Part shown: one piece after another, positions 9,398 to 16,942 of the stretch
Position numbering within the stretch: position 1 is the first letter of the stretch
Layout: each line of letters starts with the position of its first letter
Origin: a bacterium
GTDB taxonomy: Bacteria; UBP7; UBA6624; JBBIMK01
Assembly (NCBI GenBank): GCA_037444445.1
Contig: JBBIMK010000004.1
Location: 60,001 to 92,000 of the forward strand
DNA length: 32,000 nucleotides
Direction of reading: 5' to 3'
Notes under the pieces: generated by a model
Database searches by the model: none
What the model was told of the DNA's origin: nothing
What the model saw: the letters and a program-made list of their open reading frames with translations, nothing else
Program-made: the position numbers and the translations under genes

Positions 9398-11299
9398 TCA
9401 AATTTTCCGGGCAATAAAAAGGGTTAATTCCGATTCCATCAAAGGATAGCGATAAAGCGTATGGACCTGAGTAGATAGCCACAAGGATAGAGGCGCTGAC
9501 TCCAGGGTATGGGCTGTGGGAGGCGAAAGGGCAATGGCTACCCAGCCATCCGGGCGGGCTAACTGGATGAAGCGTTCCAGGTAGTAGAGTTCGGGAGGGC
9601 AGGCAGATAGACGCTCCAGCACTTCGGGCGTAATCTCTTCATCCAGGGGCTCCTGCCTCGTCCAGTCATAATGCTCCACCAGGTCAAAAATTTTCCGATA
9701 ATCCACCCGCCTTTTCTTCTTCTCCATCGTCTGAAAGCCGGGAAGAAATTCCGCCAGGGTTACAGGTTTCTTCTCCTCCACCCGATTCCAGATTTCATAA
9801 TTTCTAAATAATTTATTCATTACGAGAGTTGCCCGGCGAATCTCATAAGGAGGAAGGCCGTAAAAGGCTTGTAAAGCCGGTGAATAAACAGGAGAAGAAT
9901 GAGGATGGAGGGATTCTGGTTGTGCGAGAAGTTGAGCCCAATTCTGGATGTGATTTTTTTTAGTATCCGTAGATGGGATACCCCATACGAGGTGGAATTG
10001 ATGGGGTTCTACGCCCCATTCTAACAGGTTCAATAACGGGTCTGAAATAAACAGATTGAATCGTTTCTGCTTACCGGAATGCACCCAGCCTTCTCTGAAC
10101 CCGGGTCGTGGCTCTACTCCGAAGAGATTTTCATCGGGGATGTGAAAGATTTCGCCAGCGTGGTGGAGGCCCTGCCCTGTTCCACAAAAAAGATGCAGGA
10201 TTTTCGCTCCTGAAGGAAAAGCCATGCCTGTTAGTTTTTTTAGAAGGCCGAGAATCTCTCTTTCCTGGTCTGCTTCTTTTTCGGTGGTAGGCATACCCAT
10301 CATTGTCGGGATGGCGACTCCTGGAAGGGGAGTCTGGACCATATTTGCAAGGAGATGTTGGTATTCCAGCAGAGGTTCATCCACAGTCAGGGGAGTCAGC
10401 CCCGCCTGGATAAGGCGGAGGTTACCTTCTGCTGGGGAAGTAGAAGGTGGGAACTGGCAGATACGGACTCTTTTCCCGCGTCGGTGAGCCTGGAGGCATT
10501 CTCTTTCCATATTTCCTTCTGGTCGAATCTGGACGGCGAGAATCAGGTCAGAGAGGGCAAGGATCAGCCGGTCTCGCTGGGCGCCGCTACCCGGCGTGCC
10601 CACATCTTGCGGTGAGAAGGGGGAAAGAACGAGGGTAGTTTTCGGGTCAAACAGTTCACCAAGTCTGCGGGCTAAAGGGGAAGGTTCTCTTTCTTTCTTC
10701 CCGGCAAAGGCTTGAAAAATCCCCCGGTCAGGAACCAGAAGCAAAGGGGAGCGGCGGATTTTGCTTCTCAAGGCGGGCAAATTATACGACACTCTCGTGG
10801 GGCTTGCCACGATGGTAAGCCCCATCTCCGCCGCCAGGTCTGCCAGCGCATTCGTCACCTCCAGTCCCCTCCGGTCCACCGTCCGGGAGTTCAAGAATGC
10901 AACCTTCGGCGAGGTAAGAACATCCGGATTCCCGTGTAAACATAAAACCGGCGGCGGATACTCAAAATACTTTCTCAATCCCGACGGATAGCCCTCATCC
11001 AGCACCGTGATTGTGTTTATCCCCCACTCCTGTAGCCTCGCTATTTCTTCTTCCCCCTTGCGGAAAACCCGTTTGCGGTTCCGATTCAGAAAATTTGCAA
11101 TAGGACCGGGCAAATGATATTCATCCTGATAAACTCTTTCCGACAGGCGGAAAAATTCCTCAAGGTTTCTTCCCTCTCTTTCATTAACTTTTAGGATTCT
11201 CCAGATAAGAGCAGACCGAATTCCCGGGAGAGTAAAAAGGAGGAGAAAAAGTTCGCGTTCATTCATTGGAAATTTCGCCCTCATCCTTCTCTTACTCAC
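9398..11299 (-). CDS. Divergent DprA/Smf-like protein fused to a class-I SAM-methyltransferase-like C-terminal domain
   Basis: aa ~20-305 align by eye with DprA: LPGIRS HhH-like N-terminus, DEGYPSGL, PPPVLCLHGNPDVL..PKVAFLNSR, GLTIVAS, RDRLILALSDLILAVQ, RGKRVRICQFP, GNLRLIQAG. aa ~360-633 carry the motif-I-like ILHLFCGTGQG, GVE, the beta4-like FHLVWGIPS and ARPDGWVAIALS. Confidence 0.6.
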   Translation of the reverse strand: MSKRRMRAKFPMNERELFLLLFTLPGIRSALIWRILKVNEREGRNLEEFFRLSERVYQDEYHLPGPIANFLNRNRKRVFRKGEEEIARLQEWGINTITVLDEGYPSGLRKYFEYPPPVLCLHGNPDVLTSPKVAFLNSRTVDRRGLEVTNALADLAAEMGLTIVASPTRVSYNLPALRSKIRRSPLLLVPDRGIFQAFAGKKEREPSPLARRLGELFDPKTTLVLSPFSPQDVGTPGSGAQRDRLILALSDLILAVQIRPEGNMERECLQAHRRGKRVRICQFPPSTSPAEGNLRLIQAGLTPLTVDEPLLEYQHLLANMVQTPLPGVAIPTMMGMPTTEKEADQEREILGLLKKLTGMAFPSGAKILHLFCGTGQGLHHAGEIFHIPDENLFGVEPRPGFREGWVHSGKQKRFNLFISDPLLNLLEWGVEPHQFHLVWGIPSTDTKKNHIQNWAQLLAQPESLHPHSSPVYSPALQAFYGLPPYEIRRATLVMNKLFRNYEIWNRVEEKKPVTLAEFLPGFQTMEKKKRRVDYRKIFDLVEHYDWTRQEPLDEEITPEVLERLSACPPELYYLERFIQLARPDGWVAIALSPPTAHTLESAPLSLWLSTQVHTLYRYPLMESELTLFIARKI

Positions 11300-11459
11300 T
11301 CATTATATCACGAGAATTTCAAACCAATTTTCATTGGGTGAAAGTTTTTGGGGTGGGCAAAATGCTCCTCCGCTCCGAAGATTTCTGGCTTCACCCTCCA
11401 TAAGAGAAGGCAGGGCACAGGGGTTTCGCACGCATGTATGTTATACTTAACTGTAGTGC

Positions 11460-12497
11460 ATGGAGATGTGGGGCCGGGTATTTCCGTGGGTAGTTTTTAA
11501 CATTTTTGTGGTGGTAATGCTCGCCCTGGACCTGGGCATTCTTCATCGCAGAGCGCATATTATCCGGATGAAAGAAGCCCTCCTCCTCAGCCTTTTCTGG
11601 ATTTCTCTCGCTGTTGTCTTCTGCCTGGGAATTTCCATCTGGCAGGGGCAAACCAAAGCCCTTGAATTCTTGACCGGATATATCATTGAGGAGTCGTTAA
11701 GCGTGGACAATCTCTTCGTATTTTTGTTGATTTTCACTTATTTTAGAGTCCCTGCCGAATACCGGCATAAGGTACTATATTGGGGCATTCTCGGTGCCAT
11801 CCTGATGCGGTTGATTTTTATTCTAACGGGAGTGGCTTTAATCCACCTGTTTCACTGGGTGATTTACATTTTCGGCGTATTTCTCATTTTTACCGGCTAC
11901 AGGATGGCCTGGCAAAAGGATGTAGAGATTCATCCAGAGAAGAATCCGGTGCTGAAGTTTTTCCGCCGGTTCTTTTCCGTAACAGAAAATTATGTGGGTG
12001 GGAAATTTTTTGTGAAGAAGGAAGGCCGTCTGTGCGCCACCCCTCTTCTGATTGTGCTTTTGATGGTGGAAAGCACGGATGTGGTTTTTGCGATAGATTC
12101 AATCCCTGCTATCCTTGCTATCACTCATGACCCGTTCCTCGTGTATACCTCCAATATCTTCGCCATCCTGGGGCTGAGGTCCATTTACTTTGCCCTTGCC
12201 GGGCTGATGCAATTATTTGACTATCTTCATTATGGGCTTTCTGCTATCCTCATCTTTGTGGGAGTGAAGATGCTGATTTCCGACTTTTATAAGATACCCA
12301 TCGGCATCGCCCTGGGAGTAGTGGCAGGTATGTTACTGCTGTCAATCCTGACTTCTCTTCTGTTTGCCGGTCAAAAGGGCAAGCCTATCGTTTCACGAGA
12401 AGATTTGCCGGAATCTGAAGGGAAGCACACAGAATCCAAAATTTTTTCTTTGCCAGAGGTTCAGGGTCCGCCACATAATCCCGGGCAGGGCGAATAA
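11460..12497 (+). CDS. TerC-family integral membrane protein (Alx/TerC-like)
   Basis: 345 aa and multi-TM, with the signature EESLSVDNLFVFLLIF and a second half containing ESTDVVFAIDSIPAILAIT. Confidence 0.85.
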   Translation: MEMWGRVFPWVVFNIFVVVMLALDLGILHRRAHIIRMKEALLLSLFWISLAVVFCLGISIWQGQTKALEFLTGYIIEESLSVDNLFVFLLIFTYFRVPAEYRHKVLYWGILGAILMRLIFILTGVALIHLFHWVIYIFGVFLIFTGYRMAWQKDVEIHPEKNPVLKFFRRFFSVTENYVGGKFFVKKEGRLCATPLLIVLLMVESTDVVFAIDSIPAILAITHDPFLVYTSNIFAILGLRSIYFALAGLMQLFDYLHYGLSAILIFVGVKMLISDFYKIPIGIALGVVAGMLLLSILTSLLFAGQKGKPIVSREDLPESEGKHTESKIFSLPEVQGPPHNPGQGE

Positions 12498-12500
12498 AAA

Positions 12501-13478
12501 ATGTTCATCGTTACTGGCGGAGCAGGATTCATTGGCAGTGCATTCGTGTGGAAACTGAATATGGAAGGCATCCAGAAAATTCTTATCGTGGATGAGCCTG
12601 ACCCGGAGGAAAAATGGAAAAACCTGACGAATCGCCAGTTTGAGAACTCTGTCCATAAAGACAAGTTCCTGAAAGATGTGATGGAAGATAGAATGCCATC
12701 CCCTGTATCCGCAGTCATCCACCTGGGAGCGTGCACTTCCACCACGGAGCGCAATGAGGAATATCTGATGCGAAATAACTATGAATATAGCCGGGTGCTG
12801 GCGGAATGGGCGGTGAAGAAAGGGGTTCGTTTCATTTATGCCAGCAGCGCCGCCACTTATGGAGATGGGTCTCTGGGGTTCTCGGATGACGATTCCACGA
12901 CCCTCCAGTTAAAACCTTTGAACCTTTACGGATTTTCCAAGCATCAATTTGATGTGTGGGTAATTCGGAATCAACTCACTGAAAAGGTGGCAGGGATAAA
13001 GTTTTTCAATGTGTATGGACCCAATGAGTATCACAAAGGTGAGATGGCAAGCGTGGTGTTCAAGGCGTATCGACAAGTGAAGGAGAGGGGGCGGGTGGAC
13101 CTCTTTAAGTCTTACCGCCCTGAATATGGGCATGGCGAACAAAAACGGGATTTTATTTATGTGAAAGACTGCGTGGAAGCCCTGTGGTGGTTTTTGCAGA
13201 ACCCACAGGTCAACGGGATTTTCAACCTTGGAACGGGGAAAGCCCAATCGTACAACGACCTGACGAATGCCATCTTTACCGCTCTGCGACTTCCGCCCCG
13301 GATGGAGTATATAGAGATGCCGGAAGGCATCCGGGGGCAATATCAGTATTTCACCGAGGCGAAGATAGAAAAACTCCGCCGGGCTGGATACGCCCAGCCC
13401 TTCCATTCTCTGAAAGAAGGGATAGCAGATTATGTGCTCCATTATTTAGAAAAGAGCAGAGAGGAGCAATACCTGTGA
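12501..13478 (+). CDS. hldD: ADP-L-glycero-D-manno-heptose 6-epimerase
   Basis: MFIVTGGAGFIGS..., HLGACTSTTE, NNYEYS, FIYASSAATYGDG, PLNLYGFSK. This is near-colinear with E. coli HldD/RfaD as I recall it. Confidence 0.88.
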   Translation: MFIVTGGAGFIGSAFVWKLNMEGIQKILIVDEPDPEEKWKNLTNRQFENSVHKDKFLKDVMEDRMPSPVSAVIHLGACTSTTERNEEYLMRNNYEYSRVLAEWAVKKGVRFIYASSAATYGDGSLGFSDDDSTTLQLKPLNLYGFSKHQFDVWVIRNQLTEKVAGIKFFNVYGPNEYHKGEMASVVFKAYRQVKERGRVDLFKSYRPEYGHGEQKRDFIYVKDCVEALWWFLQNPQVNGIFNLGTGKAQSYNDLTNAIFTALRLPPRMEYIEMPEGIRGQYQYFTEAKIEKLRRAGYAQPFHSLKEGIADYVLHYLEKSREEQYL

Positions 13479-13494
13479 TGGGGGGGAGCGGGGA

Positions 13495-14529
13495 ATGAGA
13501 TTGGCGGTTACGGGTGGAGGGGGCTTTCTGGGTTATCATCTGTGCCATCAACTGGCACACAGGTTTGAGGAGATTCGGGTGATTGATATAGCGCCCATCA
13601 ACCCACAAGAGTACCCCGGTAATGTGAAGTGTTTCCAGGCGGATGTTCGGGATGAGGAGGCCTTAGAGAGAATTCTTGCCGGCGTGGATATGGTGGTTCA
13701 CGGGGCGGCTGCCCTGCCCCTCTGGACGAAGAAAAATATCGTTACGACGAATGTGGATGGCACCCGGAATGTGCTGAAAATTGCTGTAAAACAGGGTATT
13801 CCGAGGGTGGTGCATATTTCTTCCACAGCGGTGTACGGCATACCGAAAAAGCATCCCATAGAGGAGAATGACCCTCTAAGGGGAGTGGGTCCCTACGGCG
13901 AGAGCAAGGTAACGGCGGAGCGGATATGTGAAGAATATCGGAAAAAAGGGCTGTGTGTGCCCGTGGTGCGTCCGAAAACTTTCATCGGAACGGGCCGCCT
14001 CGGTGTCTTCCAGATTCTTTACGATTGGGTGAAGTGCGGAAAGAAGATTCCTATCATCGGGAATGGGAAGAATCGCTATCAACTGTTAGAAGTGGAGGAC
14101 CTGGTGAAGGGGCTGGAGTTGTTGATGACCCAGCCGGCTGAGAAGGTGAACGATACCTTCAATGTGGGGGCGAAGGAGTTTGGAACGGTGCAGGATGACC
14201 TGGAAGCATTATGTGAGTATGCCGGGAGTGGAGCCCGCCCTATGCCCGTCCCGTCCTGGCTCGCCAGACCTCTGCTGGAAGTTCTCTGGACGCTCCGCCT
14301 CTCCCCATTATATAAATGGGTCTACGCTACCGCGGATAAAGATTCTTTCGTCTCCATAGAAAAGATACAAAAGCAACTGGGCTGGACCCCGAAATACACC
14401 AACGCTCAGGCTTTAATCAAGTCATATCAGTGGTATCTGGACCACGAGAAAGAGATTCAAGGGGTCGGGCTCACCCACCGCTCTCCCTGGAGACAGGGAA
14501 TACTGGCGATACTCAAAAAATTCCTGTAA
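13495..14529 (+). CDS. NAD(P)-dependent epimerase/dehydratase (extended SDR)
   Basis: TGGGGFLG Rossmann motif, the SST...YGESK catalytic triad pattern, 344 aa. Substrate unknown. Confidence 0.85.
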   Translation: MRLAVTGGGGFLGYHLCHQLAHRFEEIRVIDIAPINPQEYPGNVKCFQADVRDEEALERILAGVDMVVHGAAALPLWTKKNIVTTNVDGTRNVLKIAVKQGIPRVVHISSTAVYGIPKKHPIEENDPLRGVGPYGESKVTAERICEEYRKKGLCVPVVRPKTFIGTGRLGVFQILYDWVKCGKKIPIIGNGKNRYQLLEVEDLVKGLELLMTQPAEKVNDTFNVGAKEFGTVQDDLEALCEYAGSGARPMPVPSWLARPLLEVLWTLRLSPLYKWVYATADKDSFVSIEKIQKQLGWTPKYTNAQALIKSYQWYLDHEKEIQGVGLTHRSPWRQGILAILKKFL

Positions 14530-14605
14530 TCGCCGTTACCAGTCAAAACTCCGAGCATTCATTTTCTCAGAAACGGATGCAAACATATCGGGTGAAGCGT
14601 TCAGG

Positions 14606-14611
14606 TATAAT
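14606..14611 (+). promoter_or_regulatory. Candidate -10 box (TATAAT) upstream of the DHS-like gene
   Basis: Perfect TATAAT within TCAGGTATAATATAC, 80 nt upstream of ATG 14691. I found no convincing -35. The same 13-mer context recurs at 16835-16847. Confidence 0.3.
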
Positions 14612-14690
14612 ATACAATCGCACAGGGTATGAACATCAGGAAAACACTTTCAGGAAATGCCCGTGTTGTTAGATTAGAGGAGGGAACTTT

Positions 14691-15755
14691 ATGAAAAAAA
14701 GCCAACTCTTTCGGAATAAAGTCAAAGCCATTGAAGTAAGTAAGGGGAAGCGGATTTCGGAAGTATTATCAGAGATGTCGCAAACAGGGTTTCAGGGAAG
14801 GAAACTGGCAGAAGCCCTAAAAGTTCTGGAAAGGATGCTAAAAGACCCCTGCGTTACTATTTTTATGGGTTATGCCGGCTCCCTCTCCACCGCCGGACAA
14901 TGGAAGATAATTCAGTGGCTGATAGAAAATCATTATATAGATGTGTTGGTTTCTACCGGGGCGAATGTTTCGGAAGATATTGTGGAAGCAATGGGGTTCT
15001 CTTATTATCAGTACGACCGCCCGGTGGCAGATAAAACTTTGTTTCAGGAGGGGTATAACCGATACTACGATGTATGCGGGAAAGAATCGGATTACTATCG
15101 GATGACGGAATTGATTGCGGAATTCATTCTCACATTGAAAGAAAACCATCCTTACTCATCAAGGGAATTTCTGGCGGCTTTTGGGAGGTGGCTGGGGGAG
15201 AAAGGGATAGAGAGCCTCGTGACAGCGGCAGTGCGGGAAAAGATACCCATCTTCTGCCCTGCCATCATAGACAGCCCCTACGGCGACGCCGCTTTGATAG
15301 CGAAAAGCAAAGGCTTCCACCTGACCCTGGATGCGGTGAAAGATTATGTGGAGTTTATGAGCCTGGCTGAGAAAATTCAAGAAACGGGGGTGATTTATAT
15401 CGGCGGTGGCGTACCGAAAGATTTTATTCAACTCCTCGCTGTCACCTCGGATTTGCTTTACGCTGACCTGAAAGTCCCGAACAAGAAAGGAAAAAAACGG
15501 GCTGGAACCCATGAAACTTACTACCCACACAAATATGCCCTCCAGATTACCACTGACTCACCCCAGTGGGGCGGATTGTCAGGAGCCACCTTTGAGGAAG
15601 CCGTCTCCTGGGGAAAGGAACAGCCCGAGGGAGGGCTGGTCCAGTGCTATTGCGATGCTACCATTGCCTTGCCCATCCTTTCTCACGCACTGGCGGAAAA
15701 AATGCAGGGAAAGAGGAAGGGAACTGACTTCTCCAGATTCTTCCTCCTCACCTGA
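14691..15755 (+). CDS. Deoxyhypusine synthase-like protein (DHS/homospermidine-synthase superfamily)
   Basis: 354 aa with GYAGSLSTAG, LVSTGANVSEDI, IGGGVPKDF and AVSWGKEQ, which retains the Lys equivalent to the catalytic Lys of eukaryotic/archaeal DHS. SD GAGGAGGG upstream. Confidence 0.85.
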   Translation: MKKSQLFRNKVKAIEVSKGKRISEVLSEMSQTGFQGRKLAEALKVLERMLKDPCVTIFMGYAGSLSTAGQWKIIQWLIENHYIDVLVSTGANVSEDIVEAMGFSYYQYDRPVADKTLFQEGYNRYYDVCGKESDYYRMTELIAEFILTLKENHPYSSREFLAAFGRWLGEKGIESLVTAAVREKIPIFCPAIIDSPYGDAALIAKSKGFHLTLDAVKDYVEFMSLAEKIQETGVIYIGGGVPKDFIQLLAVTSDLLYADLKVPNKKGKKRAGTHETYYPHKYALQITTDSPQWGGLSGATFEEAVSWGKEQPEGGLVQCYCDATIALPILSHALAEKMQGKRKGTDFSRFFLLT

Positions 15756-15893
15756 ACCCCCAACTTCTGATGCAGGGCAGTCTAAAAGTTCAAAATGGCG
15801 AAGGGGGCCCGATGCTTTTTCAATGGAAAATCCCTCGCCAGAAATCACCTCGTCCTTCCAAAAAAGTAAGGATGTGCAGGAGAAACGAGCGGG

Positions 15894-15899
15894 TATAAT
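15894..15899 (+). promoter_or_regulatory. Candidate -10 box (TATAAT) upstream of the GNAT fusion gene
   Basis: GGGTATAATA lies 27 nt upstream of ATG 15926, followed by the SD GAAGGAGGGG. Confidence 0.3.
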
Positions 15900-15925
15900 A
15901 AAGAGGGTGAAGGAGGGGAAGGAAG

Positions 15926-16723
15926 ATGGAGATTCGGATAGAAGAGGTAACAGAGGAAAATGTGGAAGAGGTTGCGTGGTTCTGCATTTTCCCGGAATGG
16001 AGAGAAAAGACAGAGTTCATCAAGGGAGTGGAAGAGAAAAGAAAGTGGACGGAAGAAATGTTCCAGAAGTGGGGAACCTTCGCAAAAATCGCTTACAGAG
16101 GGAAATCACTCGTGGGGCAAATCCATTATCATCCGGTTCCCGAGGAGAAAACCACCTATATCCATTGCATCTATGTTCCCGACAAGGAGAATTGGCGAAA
16201 AGGAATAGCCCGAAAACTGTTGCTGAGCCTGATGGAAGAAATGAAACAGCCGCAAGTCTGGTTTGACCATCAGCCGGCATCCGCTCTCGTGACGAGAACC
16301 TTTCCGGGTGAAAAGCAGGGTCAGTATCCCGCCCGCCTCTTCTTTGCCGATATGGGCTTCAAGCCAGTGGGAAAGGACCCGGACTTTTTGTATTATCCTC
16401 TGAAGGAGGGTTTTGTTTATCAGCCTCTGCCAGTGAAAGCACCGGTGTATTTTCCACAGGAGGAAGATAAAGGCAAAGCGGTCATCATCTACGGACCTTC
16501 GTTCTGCCCTTTTTCCTTTGTTTTCCTGAAGAAAGCGGAGGAGGCGGTAAAGGAGGTGTCACCTGAGATTTCCATCCGATGGATTAGCAAGACAGAGGAG
16601 CCGGAAGAGGTGAAAAAGCGGGGCGATTTTGAAGGCGTCATTGTGAATGCCAGGCCCATCCGAACTTTTGTTATAGACAGAGAAAATTTTCAAAAAGAAG
16701 TCCAGCAAGCATTGAAATCGTGA
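15926..16723 (+). CDS. GNAT-family N-acetyltransferase fused to a C-terminal thioredoxin/glutaredoxin-like domain
   Basis: The N-terminal half has the GNAT motif-A-like segment YVPDKENWRKGIARKLLLSLMEEM. The C-terminal ~85 aa (AVIIYGPSFCPFSFVFLKKAEE...VIVNARPI) look like a small thioredoxin fold with CPFS in place of CxxC. Confidence 0.6.
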   Translation: MEIRIEEVTEENVEEVAWFCIFPEWREKTEFIKGVEEKRKWTEEMFQKWGTFAKIAYRGKSLVGQIHYHPVPEEKTTYIHCIYVPDKENWRKGIARKLLLSLMEEMKQPQVWFDHQPASALVTRTFPGEKQGQYPARLFFADMGFKPVGKDPDFLYYPLKEGFVYQPLPVKAPVYFPQEEDKGKAVIIYGPSFCPFSFVFLKKAEEAVKEVSPEISIRWISKTEEPEEVKKRGDFEGVIVNARPIRTFVIDRENFQKEVQQALKS

Positions 16724-16839
16724 AAGCCTCTGAACCAGCGGGAAGCCCCATCTTCCTTCAAAAACAGCAATGAGTAGTAGTAAGAGAATGAAAAAGGTCT
16801 GCCCTTGACCGTATGGACACTCAAAAGGAAATAGTCAGG

Positions 16840-16845
16840 TATAAT
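16840..16845 (+). promoter_or_regulatory. Candidate -10 box (TATAAT) upstream of the S9 peptidase
   Basis: Found within TCAGGTATAATATCC. It ends 7 nt before ATG 16853, the start of the track ORF. Confidence 0.3.
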
Positions 16846-16942
16846 ATCCATAATGGAGGTTGTTAGAAAGGTGACTTTTGAAATCTTAAAGCAGATTTTT
16901 TATGGGTATGACCCGGACGAGGCAAAAAAAACAGGAGGTGTG

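Noticed and set aside
11300-11459. Possible yybP-ykoY (Mn2+) riboswitch upstream of the TerC-family gene, since that family is a frequent target
   Set aside because: The hallmark conserved strings (GGGGAGUAG-type loop, GACAUA-type loop) are absent. Only a generic 7-bp GGGTGAA/TTCACCC pairing is visible. cmscan would be needed to settle this, and I cannot support a call.
15511-16280. 251-aa ORF 15511..16266 (+) and overlapping short ORFs
   Set aside because: This is a low-complexity Arg/Gly/Glu/Ser translation of a purine-rich stretch. It overlaps the well-supported 3' end of the DHS-like gene and the 5' half of the GNAT gene in other frames.
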